From Pirellula staleyi DSM 6068 (GTDB lineage: Bacteria; Planctomycetota; Planctomycetia; Pirellulales; Pirellulaceae): a stretch of 32,000 bases of DNA. The position numbers and the translations under genes are program-made. The notes beneath the pieces were generated by a model. The model saw only the letters and a program-made list of their open reading frames with translations. It searched no databases and had not been told where the DNA came from. The DNA is taken from positions 5,820,001 through 5,852,000 of the forward strand of contig CP001848.1 of NCBI GenBank assembly GCA_000025185.1, written 5' to 3'. Below, one piece after another: positions 6,577 through 15,268 of this stretch (position 1 is its first letter; each line of letters opens with the position of its first letter).

Positions 6577-9396
6577 TCACGCATCAATCCGAACCGTAGA
6601 ACGCTCTTCAGCTTCGTAGCACATCAAAGTCGCAATAACATCTGACACAAAATCGAGGCAAAACCTCTGAAACGTGAACTCCTCTACACTAACCTGATCC
6701 GACCACGTTTCACCACCAAAGTCAACCATTTCCCCTTTTTGTTTGTCCCATTTAAAATTATCGCCCGCCAAGTATCCAACGGTATGCATACCGAGACGGG
6801 TACCCCTGTCGGGATGATACTTCTGTGGCCCAACAGGCGCGACGATCCACGGACTACCTGGAACCTTATGGAAGGCTGCGACACTTGGATCAGGTGCACC
6901 ACCAAGAGTAACATGATCTTGAATACGAGCATATGGATCATACTTTGATCGACTCACTGTATATTCCACATATGCATCGGAATCACAAATAACACTTCCA
7001 CAGTAGCCATTATCACTGACATGGCCTGGCGGGGACGCATCCTGCCTATCTTGAGAGCCAACGCAGATCGCACCTTGACGACGCCCACCTCCACACCTAT
7101 TCAAAACAAATAATCGAGCCCTTTGCAACCCACACTCTGGCGACACAAGCGCCGACAGCAAGCCATCAATAACGCTACGACGAAAAGTCGCCACCTTAAC
7201 CCTTTCGCCCCAAGACTTCCCTTCATCAACTGGACTAAGCTTGTCAGCAACTCTTTGTAAAAACTGAAGCGAACGTCCGTTTGTAGTCGCAGCGTAATTC
7301 GAGGATTCAGGCTCATTTGCGAGAAGGTGAAGTATACGCCTTGCCCGCTCGAGACCACGCCAAAACCTTTTTCTCCAGACTGGCTCGGACTTATTAGGCA
7401 AAGTGGTCCGTTCATAAGATACCTGACCAGCAAGCCCCGACCACCCAACAAATACCCCCGCCGTATATCCTCGCACATGAACAGGGAAGGCATAAATCGG
7501 ACCTTCAATTTGAAAGAATTCTTTTCCCCTCTTGGCCATAACTGCTGGGCAAGAATTCAAGCACATCTCAGCATCAGCCAGCTTAATAGTTCTCCGCTCT
7601 CTAAATGCTTCACACGCAAGAGACTGCTCTTCAAAACTGTAATCCCAGAGATCTCGCCCCGCCCTCTCCTTCTCTGAGTCAGTCCTTAGTGGAGCTTCAA
7701 GCTTTCCGCGAAATGGATCGATCTGATACAACAGGCATTGCAAATCAAGATCATCTAGATCACGACTACGCCGCAGAATCTCCTGCAATTTTATCGGACT
7801 ATCGCTGTATTTCTTAAGGCACTTGGCAGAGTCGGAAAGTCGATTTGCTTCATATCTCGCCGCACCAATCCTTCCAGCAAAGTCTCTAGCTACTTCAAAA
7901 TGATACTTGGAGAACATATATCCAGCGCCAGCCTCTAATGTGAGAACTCCCGATCGTCGTCCATCGACATATATTGGCACCAAAAGCGCGGTTTTCGTAC
8001 TAGGGTTCTGTGGTTTGAAATGAATATCGACAAACCCCTGGCGATCCAACTCAATAGCACTATGATCGACACTCTCAATTAAGGCGAAGTCGTCATCTAT
8101 TTTGCGCTGCAAGAAGAGTCGGCTTTGGATCACATTATTTGGAACCTGAACTGCGGAATATGATTCCTGACGCAATCCAGTTGGCTGTTTCAAATCGACT
8201 AAGTACGTTACAGTCTGATCAGTTTCTCGATGCGAGAACATCCGATAAATTACACGATGCTCCGCTAAATTCGGCATAGTCATGCAAACATCTCCGTAGG
8301 GAACACCTAGACGAAGCATTAGGGTTTGCAAGAGCCAAGAGGTCTGTAGTCGTTCGCTCGGAGCCTTAAGGTGGGTCGAAGGATCTGGTAAATACTGCGC
8401 CCGGCCGAAACGAAACGGTTGTGAACGTCCGGAAAACGCAGCCAATCCCCCTAAATGCGCAATGGTCGCGGCGACTCCACCGGTAATTGGATCGTTGGGT
8501 AATGAAGGTGCATTTATCTCATTAGCAACTATTGTCCGAATATTGTATGATCGCTCCAGAACTTCAGAATAACCTGGGTCATAAAACCTTCGAGGAAATA
8601 TTGCGTAATGCGGTCCGAACACATCTCCGTATAGCGACTTAGCTTCATCCATCAGGGACAGAAGATCGGGATCGGAAAAGCTTACCCCTGTGAACAGGAA
8701 GGTTCGGGTAGCCAAGAGCATTCGAAGACAATGTAGTAACGATTCGTTTACCTGCATCAAATCACGGTAGTGTGAGCGAGCAAGAACAACGGATTGTCGT
8801 ATTGCATAGTCTCCATGCAACTTTAGAACGCAGAAGATTCCAGACCTCAAGTTCTGGAGTACATCATGTGGATTTTGCCAAGTAAGGCGAGGAACCGATG
8901 AGTGATAGGCAGACTCTAGGAGGCAGTCATAGTTCGTAGTGATAGCCAAAGAAAATGGAATGGCCGCAATTGTTCGATGAATAGCGGTTGGAACTGATGC
9001 GTTCCCAAATACTCTGTGAGTTAAGTTTTGCAGACGATTGCCTAGTACGTTTTGCAACATCTCTGCGGCAACTAAAAAATCTCCCGATGCAATTCGCCTA
9101 GATATGCTTGCTGCAGTCGCCCTCGAGTAGAGCCTCGCCTCTTGCTCTAGTGTTTCGAGAAATCCTACCCAACCAGGTAAACCTGCCGCCAAAGAGGCGC
9201 CAGCACCTAAGTAGACGACGCTATTCCCACGAGCAATCGCCTCAATTAACTCTGTTGAACGGGCAGTCAATTGTCCAGACGCCTCAACGGTTTCCGGATT
9301 CTCCATCCGATCCAATATACTATGACTGCGGCGTTCTTCTAAAGGTGTATTCCAATCTCTATCGAAGAACATGGTAGTTGAAGTCATTTTGAGCAC
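6577..9396 (-). CDS. SIR2-like (SIR2_2 type) putative NADase with three tandem GAF-like modules
   Basis: SIR2_2 motifs: VVYLGAGASLAAGLPGW (aa 60-76), ITTNYDCLLE (Asn155), LKLHGDY (His194), FLFTGVSFSDPDLL. GAF-like signatures: TALLVPIYVDGRRSGVLTLEA...FEVARDFAGRIGAARYEANRL (about aa 350-520), GPIYAFPVHVRGYTAGVFVGWS (about aa 540-695), SPWIVAPVGP...GMHTVGYLAGDN (about aa 710-925). The track start at 9396 is GTG. The ATG at 9387 has GAGGTG 6 nt upstream and is the more likely start. Confidence 0.85.
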   Translation of the reverse strand: MLKMTSTTMFFDRDWNTPLEERRSHSILDRMENPETVEASGQLTARSTELIEAIARGNSVVYLGAGASLAAGLPGWVGFLETLEQEARLYSRATAASISRRIASGDFLVAAEMLQNVLGNRLQNLTHRVFGNASVPTAIHRTIAAIPFSLAITTNYDCLLESAYHSSVPRLTWQNPHDVLQNLRSGIFCVLKLHGDYAIRQSVVLARSHYRDLMQVNESLLHCLRMLLATRTFLFTGVSFSDPDLLSLMDEAKSLYGDVFGPHYAIFPRRFYDPGYSEVLERSYNIRTIVANEINAPSLPNDPITGGVAATIAHLGGLAAFSGRSQPFRFGRAQYLPDPSTHLKAPSERLQTSWLLQTLMLRLGVPYGDVCMTMPNLAEHRVIYRMFSHRETDQTVTYLVDLKQPTGLRQESYSAVQVPNNVIQSRLFLQRKIDDDFALIESVDHSAIELDRQGFVDIHFKPQNPSTKTALLVPIYVDGRRSGVLTLEAGAGYMFSKYHFEVARDFAGRIGAARYEANRLSDSAKCLKKYSDSPIKLQEILRRSRDLDDLDLQCLLYQIDPFRGKLEAPLRTDSEKERAGRDLWDYSFEEQSLACEAFRERRTIKLADAEMCLNSCPAVMAKRGKEFFQIEGPIYAFPVHVRGYTAGVFVGWSGLAGQVSYERTTLPNKSEPVWRKRFWRGLERARRILHLLANEPESSNYAATTNGRSLQFLQRVADKLSPVDEGKSWGERVKVATFRRSVIDGLLSALVSPECGLQRARLFVLNRCGGGRRQGAICVGSQDRQDASPPGHVSDNGYCGSVICDSDAYVEYTVSRSKYDPYARIQDHVTLGGAPDPSVAAFHKVPGSPWIVAPVGPQKYHPDRGTRLGMHTVGYLAGDNFKWDKQKGEMVDFGGETWSDQVSVEEFTFQRFCLDFVSDVIATLMCYEAEERSTVRIDA

Positions 9397-9460
9397 CTCG
9401 TCGAACTGATTCTGCAGAATAGCCTTTCTAAGTTTCGCTCATTCCGACGAGGTTCTACCG

Positions 9461-9495
9461 CAAAAAGGCAGCTGTTGCAAATAGAAAACAGCTAC
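9461..9495 (-). terminator. Rho-independent terminator-like hairpin between the STAND gene and the SIR2 gene
   Basis: The minus strand reads GTAGCTGTT-ttctatttgc-AACAGCTGC followed by CTTTTTG. That is a 9-bp stem with one G-U pair and a 10-nt loop, followed by five T residues. It starts about 60 nt after the STAND stop codon at 9556. Confidence 0.5.
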
Positions 9496-9555
9496 ATTTC
9501 GAACGGCTAAATAATTGTGGGAAAGACTGTTCGATATTCCAGATCGCGGTAGGTA

Positions 9556-12500
9556 TTAATCCTCGAATCTCTGCCCTTGACGGATGCGTTCCCTTGCCTC
9601 CCCATGCCGCTCATCTGAAATTTTGCCTATGAGCTTCTGGTACCGATTTTTAGCCCAATCCGCTACTTCGCTTCTTTCATCACTCTGCAGCGGAATCATC
9701 AAAGCAGACCTAGCCTCAAGTATCGAAGCCCTTGAACCGCTCCATGCTAAAAAGTCAAACAATGACTGCGAAATGCTTTCCAGAGTCAAAACCGGGTTCG
9801 GACTCTGATTGACGATCACCATCGCTATGGGCCTCCAGCACATCGGTTGCCCTGCCTCTCCTTTCACGAATGACGTGATGCATGCAGCGATCTTCGCGTA
9901 GCGTACGTGTGGCTCACGACGGCACCAATTCAGCAACTGTTCATCTGGTATTTGGTCGAAGGGATTCCCGTAGGGCCCCCACAGCATTTTGTACATGCTC
10001 CAATCTCGTCGCCTCTCTGCGTCGCCATCGATGAAGCTGTCCAAGAATAATGCCGGTCGAGCATTCGCGAGTTTGTTCATTGTTCTCGGATAGTCATATC
10101 GTGAAATGCTGTGACGAGTAATCCCGGCTGACAAGCCTTCGCACAGATTTCGAGCGGCAACGCCCCCGGCTTTGGATGTGATACAATTCTTTATAAGCCC
10201 CCCAAGGTGATAGTCCCGATCTTGACTCCGTGAGGTCTTTTCTGGGAATTTAAATTGCGAGAGAAAATGCCTTGCGAACCGTAGAATCTGATTTCTCGTC
10301 CGTGGACTGTGATCATTGCTCAGTCGCGAATCCAGAGCTTCGATCACAAAGTCGGCTCCACCTTCCAGTTCCATCACTACTCGCAGGAACTTGACTAGCT
10401 CCTTGTCTCCAAGACTCACCTGAACCCCAGCGTAGCAGAGCCTTCGCAAAGAATTGACATCCTGAAGTCTGCCTTGCAAAGCCTTTCTCAGCCGACTGAG
10501 CGATTCCGCATTCAACGGGAAGGCCAGTTGCAAATCTGGAAAAACCTGTGAAAACGTGTTGTCGGTAACCAAGATGTCCATTGCAGTACCAAACAGACTG
10601 CGATCTGAATCATGAATGCCTGCCAAGTAGCCGTATATGACTCCAAACCGGCGCTCTTTCGGACTCGCGCTAACATACTCATACCTCAATTGTGTTAGCA
10701 GTTTGAGATAATCCGAAGCTCCCTTCGCCAATCCTCTTCCGAATGCAAACACTCGCTGGCTATCGCAACGGACAACCTCCGGCAGTAGCGACTCTAAATC
10801 ATCGGCAAAACCGGAGGCCAATTGACGACCGCAGTCCTCTGCAATCTCTGCCGCCCTCAGATACGCCCCTTCAAAATCCATACCGTCGCTATCCTCAAGA
10901 ACAAGCTCAGTAGAATGTCGACTGCTGGACAGGGCGAAAGCCCGAGTCCTAGCAACAAGATCCTGCGGTTTCAAGATTTGCTCAAGCTCCTTAGCAGCAT
11001 CTACACTCTCGGTCGGCAAATGCTTGCGACGACTCAGTATTTCCCGCACAGTGACCCAGCCTTCGTACCACCCTCGATACTCATGTAATTGTCGCGCTAC
11101 CGCGATGATCTGATCAAACTGCCGCGTGTGAATCCAAAGTCCAAATAGGACTTTTGCGAAACACTCACGTACCGCATTCGAATCGCCATCCTCCCTGTTA
11201 GAAAACTTCTCCACAACGAGCAAGAAGGCACGCAGCCACTCTCTTAGATCAGCAGTTGACGTAGGTGAGTACCCAGAGTCTCGAATGCGGGCACCGAAAT
11301 CGTACTCGTAAGACGAATCATCCCTTTCTGTCTTCAGCGCCGACTCAAGCATTAACACTCCTAACCGTCGTTCCTTAGCTTCTGTAGATTCAAGTAGCTG
11401 CGCTACGAAAGTCGCTCTCGCATTGGGTGACGCATGAGTGCCAGAATGCCGAATTTGCAACAAAACTGAGAGGAAGTGTCGCGATGTTGAACCACTCTGC
11501 TCGTCTTCATGCATTGCGAAAGCTACGAGAATGGTTGCAGCTCGATGAAAGAGTGAGGCGTCAAACGCCAAGTGCCAAATCAACTTCGTTAACTTCGGTC
11601 TGTGCGAACTGAGCGTAGTCCTAGCCAGGGTATCGTCCTTCGCGATCCCAACCTCAATAGCGGAGAGCGTAGCGCTTGGAGCAATGGGTGCTATGTTCTC
11701 GAAAACCGCGAAGCCGAGATCGTTCAATTTATCAACAGCACTCCCGATCAACCCTCCAGGCTGCAACCAGTCAGTTGCAATACGTGTCGCAACCGAAGAA
11801 TGGTGAAGAAACCCTAGTCTTCGGGCAAACGATTTTAGCAGCCTCTCGTCTGACGTTTGAAAGTGCCTTACCAGGGTCTCGGTCGGAATCGAAGCCAACG
11901 CCCTGTTGGCCAGATAATTCGCGATAGCGTGAGGGAGAATCGCGCGCCATGGACCTCGAATCTGCACAAGGTCTCGGCGTTGCAGCTCCGCAACTTGTCG
12001 ATAAAGCTCGGAACTCGAAGTTTCGATTAGGATGGCCAGTCTGTTCAGCTCTGAAGTTGACTCCACGCCTTCTCCGTTGAAGGAATAAACCAGAGAGCAC
12101 GCCTCAGCGGCCCGAAGCAATGCTTCGTTGGGTTGATGGCGTTGCCAAAACAGTCGGACGAATAGATCGTCGTTCCGGAGTGATATGATTGATTCGCCGA
12201 GCGATACGGTGGATGCCAACGCAATGGCGATTCGATAGTTGCCGCCAGAAAACTTAGCAATCTTCTGAGCGTTCGCATCGCCGATATGAGGAAAACGCTT
12301 TGATAAGAAAGTGTCGATTACATCTTCACTTGCTGGCCGTAGTTTAACGGCATTCGTATTCTCCGGAACGTCATCTCGAACATCATACTCGACAGTAAGC
12401 AGACTCAATAGGCTTGGTTCGCAGGTGCAAATGTCTGCCAGATGCTTGTGAAGCTCTGGCGGACAGTTGTCGACAATCAGAATTGCACGACGCTTTTCTT

Positions 12501-13377
12501 GGACCAAAGACTCGGCAAAGGTAATCGGATCTGGCATGAGCCGACTGGAGTTGTCCGCGTATAGTGCTAAATCGCGATTCAAAGAGAACTGGGAAAGGCG
12601 TTCATCAAAGAGCGCCTGTACAAAACGTGTCTTACCTGTACCCGAGAGGCCAGTCAGGCGAATTGCGGTACGGGGATTCGATAGTTGCGTGGATAATGAG
12701 TGCAGAGCATCGACGACCGAAAAATCGGTATCGAGTGATCGAGCGAAATCCTGCACAACAAGAGAATCATCGATTATGTATTCGTCCTCAATTCCACCAA
12801 ACGCATGTGCCCAGTTTTCATAGCCCTTCCAGCCCGTGATCGGTCTTCCACACTTGGTCCGAACCCAGGCAGCAAGAGATGGATGGCACTTCACCCACTG
12901 CGCAACGCGATCTGCCCCGAGGAAGTCAATGTGGAAAGACTTTGGTCGCTTGGCCCAACCAATTGCATGCTTCATGGCGTCCCTTCGACCACGTAGGCCT
13001 TTGTCAGTTGGCGACTCCTTCGAAGTTACGATCAAGTATGAACCGCCGTTTGTAGCGAGATCGCGAATTGAAGTCCTCAGGCTTCCATCTGGCCGCATCT
13101 CGCTCATGATCGCGGATGGGGGCATCCTGGATGTCTTGACTTGAATCCCGGTATACGAACGAGGAATGAAGCTCTTCGTTGGAAGCGGGCCGGCTGCCTT
13201 AACTACTACGTCGAGTCCGCCATCAGCGGCATCCTGGTGGCCCCCTGCAGTAATCGAGGAAAGTGAAATGCCTGCATTGCGAATTTCAGCTTCGCATAAT
13301 AAGACGACCAGGGTGCGAAAGTCTGCATCTCCTAGTTTTTCAATGTCTTTGCGATCAATTTCGAGAGGATTACTCAT
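9556..13377 (-). CDS. STAND-type P-loop NTPase (Avs-like architecture): Mrr-like PD-(D/E)xK N-terminal domain, NTPase, long alpha-helical C-terminal region
   Basis: N-terminal domain: DADFRTLVVLLCEAE...GGHQDAADGGLDVVV...YTGIQVKTS...GGSYLIVTS, which follows the Mrr-cat pattern (F..LV..L, DGGxD, QxK, xxTTS). Walker A: LTGLSGTGKTRF (aa 241-252). Walker B: RAILIVDNC (aa 297-305). About 950 further residues are Leu/Ala/Arg-rich and have helical-repeat character. Confidence 0.85.
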   Translation of the reverse strand: MSNPLEIDRKDIEKLGDADFRTLVVLLCEAEIRNAGISLSSITAGGHQDAADGGLDVVVKAAGPLPTKSFIPRSYTGIQVKTSRMPPSAIMSEMRPDGSLRTSIRDLATNGGSYLIVTSKESPTDKGLRGRRDAMKHAIGWAKRPKSFHIDFLGADRVAQWVKCHPSLAAWVRTKCGRPITGWKGYENWAHAFGGIEDEYIIDDSLVVQDFARSLDTDFSVVDALHSLSTQLSNPRTAIRLTGLSGTGKTRFVQALFDERLSQFSLNRDLALYADNSSRLMPDPITFAESLVQEKRRAILIVDNCPPELHKHLADICTCEPSLLSLLTVEYDVRDDVPENTNAVKLRPASEDVIDTFLSKRFPHIGDANAQKIAKFSGGNYRIAIALASTVSLGESIISLRNDDLFVRLFWQRHQPNEALLRAAEACSLVYSFNGEGVESTSELNRLAILIETSSSELYRQVAELQRRDLVQIRGPWRAILPHAIANYLANRALASIPTETLVRHFQTSDERLLKSFARRLGFLHHSSVATRIATDWLQPGGLIGSAVDKLNDLGFAVFENIAPIAPSATLSAIEVGIAKDDTLARTTLSSHRPKLTKLIWHLAFDASLFHRAATILVAFAMHEDEQSGSTSRHFLSVLLQIRHSGTHASPNARATFVAQLLESTEAKERRLGVLMLESALKTERDDSSYEYDFGARIRDSGYSPTSTADLREWLRAFLLVVEKFSNREDGDSNAVRECFAKVLFGLWIHTRQFDQIIAVARQLHEYRGWYEGWVTVREILSRRKHLPTESVDAAKELEQILKPQDLVARTRAFALSSSRHSTELVLEDSDGMDFEGAYLRAAEIAEDCGRQLASGFADDLESLLPEVVRCDSQRVFAFGRGLAKGASDYLKLLTQLRYEYVSASPKERRFGVIYGYLAGIHDSDRSLFGTAMDILVTDNTFSQVFPDLQLAFPLNAESLSRLRKALQGRLQDVNSLRRLCYAGVQVSLGDKELVKFLRVVMELEGGADFVIEALDSRLSNDHSPRTRNQILRFARHFLSQFKFPEKTSRSQDRDYHLGGLIKNCITSKAGGVAARNLCEGLSAGITRHSISRYDYPRTMNKLANARPALFLDSFIDGDAERRRDWSMYKMLWGPYGNPFDQIPDEQLLNWCRREPHVRYAKIAACITSFVKGEAGQPMCWRPIAMVIVNQSPNPVLTLESISQSLFDFLAWSGSRASILEARSALMIPLQSDERSEVADWAKNRYQKLIGKISDERHGEARERIRQGQRFED

Positions 13378-13717
13378 TGCTTTTCAAACGCCCGCCGATG
13401 CTTCCAATGATTTCGATTTCCTCCGTTGCAGTAAGTCGATGCAATGTAACTTGCGCAACAGATGGGCAACAATCCGACCGAGCCAAATTTTCAGACGCCG
13501 AAAACCTTACTTGGTCTATTTTAGCAAACAAGTGGTTACCGCTCAGGCCATTTTGAGGAAGCGGCATAACGCCTCCCCCTACCAACTGCGCAAGTTCTTC
13601 CGTCAGGAGGAACACACTAATTGCACCGAAGTTAATTCTCCACATTCGCAGCAACATCGCCACTCGGTGAGTCCACACAATGACGCCCCCTGGGAGTCCC
13701 GCTGGCACGTCCATCAA
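13370..13717 (-). CDS. Small ORF translationally coupled to the STAND gene (real start may be the ATG at 13567, giving 65 aa)
   Basis: Its stop overlaps the STAND start as ATGAGTAA (8-nt overlap at 13370-13377). The internal ATG at 13567 is preceded by GGGGGAGG with a 4-nt spacer. The C-terminus is LTATEEIEIIGSIGGRLKSNE. The region is otherwise of uncertain coding status. Confidence 0.35.
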   Translation of the reverse strand: MMDVPAGLPGGVIVWTHRVAMLLRMWRINFGAISVFLLTEELAQLVGGGVMPLPQNGLSGNHLFAKIDQVRFSASENLARSDCCPSVAQVTLHRLTATEEIEIIGSIGGRLKSNE

Positions 13718-14325
13718 ATGCCCTGCCCAGGTTTATCGCCGATATTGGACAAACGCGTTAAACAAATCCACTATGATCATAATACCTATCAGAGAGCAAG
13801 TCGTGTACCGGACCCTAAAATCGGGAGTCCCTCATTGGCATCCCCATCAACTTCGACATTGCTTGTTGCTGTACGTAGAACCCATTGCAAGACTGTCCAA
13901 TTTTTAAATTTTCGTTCTTCCTAACGCGGTATATAAATAGTCGTTGAAGGAAGTCTCACGATAGCTGGAGAGAACACTTTGATCATGTTGATCCAGCAGA
14001 GGGAGTTGTTTCGTCCTCTGTCCCCAAAGCATGAATCATCGGCACGTGGCGGCATGTAGCGAATAGCTAAATCTTCCATGTCTCGATGGAATCTTGTGGG
14101 GGGCGCGTAGTGGAGCCTGCTAGAAGGACCAGCCCAGCACTTTCCTTCACCAAGCATCTGTTAGCGGCTACTTGCCGAGTGAGAAGATGCTGGTGCATCT
14201 TTTTGAACGCGACTTTAAATGAACGCTTCTGGGAACTTAAAGGCTTAGGCAGTTCGTCCTCTTCGTCTTTCCACTCTTCACCTCAGATCGGGGCTCGCCA
14301 GCAGCTTGGTGCATCTGAAGTATGG

Positions 14326-15204
14326 CTACATCTGAGTGATGGTTGTCGACTGAAAATCACTTGCGCCAAATACAACTCGAACAGATGGAATGAGTGTGTC
14401 GCCAATCGATGCAATGAACGGCCATTCTTTGCCCCGGATACTCCGAGCGTTGCGGCCCAAGTAGTAGCTTTCGGGAGCGAGCACAATGAGCAATGGCCGA
14501 GCATCACGGCTGGGAAGAGTTTGCTCAAATCCAGCAGGGATTTTGCGTGCTGGTTTCATCTTCCAGCGTGCGAAACCACGCAAGATTTTGTCGAAGTTGG
14601 GTTGGCGATGCAAACAGGCAAGATAATCGAGGCCTTCCAAAATTGCAGTGAGCGGAGCGTTGCCGTTGACCAATTTGGCTTCCAGCACAACGAGTCCGCC
14701 GCCCGCAGTAATACCGATCAAGTCGGCTCGTCGTCCCTTCTCGGCTGATCCACCTTGTGTTGGCCACTGATAGCCAAGTAGCCAGATCTTTTCGCTGCCT
14801 AGTGTGAGGCAGCCATCTCCGGCGTGTGCAGCACGAAACAGCCTGGCGACCTGTCGCTCTTCACACTCACCATCTTCGAGCGGATGGGAATCACGATCGA
14901 TAAAGACTTCGCCGCTATAGCCAACTTTTAATTCGCGTTGTCGCTGAAACTCGGCGTCGAGCATCGCGCCGAGCAATACCGGCCAGAGCGGACGATTTCC
15001 ACGCACCTGCTGAAGTTCCAACAGCCAAGTTCGAAAGCCAGTTGGCTCGACACTTTTGGGGACCATTTTGACGACCACTTCGCGAAGGGACTGTGACATC
15101 CCCTGGCGAAACTCCGCATCTCGTCGGCTGCGATGTCGTGCAATAAGCAACGCAACATCGCATTCCACGATGCCACCAGTAGGTCGATGGCATAACTGCC
15201 CCAC
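14326..15204 (-). CDS. PD-(D/E)xK (restriction-endonuclease-fold) family protein
   Basis: The core GRRADLIGITAGGGLVVLEAKLVNG is a textbook D-x(n)-E-x-K arrangement. The track start is GTG. Internal ATGs at aa 36 and aa 47 are alternative starts. The gene is divergent from the HTH gene at 15269. Confidence 0.65.
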   Translation of the reverse strand: MGQLCHRPTGGIVECDVALLIARHRSRRDAEFRQGMSQSLREVVVKMVPKSVEPTGFRTWLLELQQVRGNRPLWPVLLGAMLDAEFQRQRELKVGYSGEVFIDRDSHPLEDGECEERQVARLFRAAHAGDGCLTLGSEKIWLLGYQWPTQGGSAEKGRRADLIGITAGGGLVVLEAKLVNGNAPLTAILEGLDYLACLHRQPNFDKILRGFARWKMKPARKIPAGFEQTLPSRDARPLLIVLAPESYYLGRNARSIRGKEWPFIASIGDTLIPSVRVVFGASDFQSTTITQM

Positions 15205-15268
15205 TGTCGTCAGAGCGTGGCACTATGTTCGTCGTTTTGCTCCAAACCAGCGAACAAACGATTCGAGC

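Noticed and set aside
13166-13924. A 252-aa plus-strand ORF spanning the STAND gene start and its upstream region.
   Set aside because: It overlaps the well-supported STAND N-terminus in antisense. It is Ser/Arg/Pro-rich with no motifs and has no plausible RBS context.
14190-14215. The hairpin AAGATGC-tggt-GCATCTT followed by TTTT on the plus strand, in the gap between the PD-(D/E)xK gene and the STAND locus.
   Set aside because: No plus-strand gene ends there. On the minus strand the T-run is on the wrong side of the stem. It is probably incidental.
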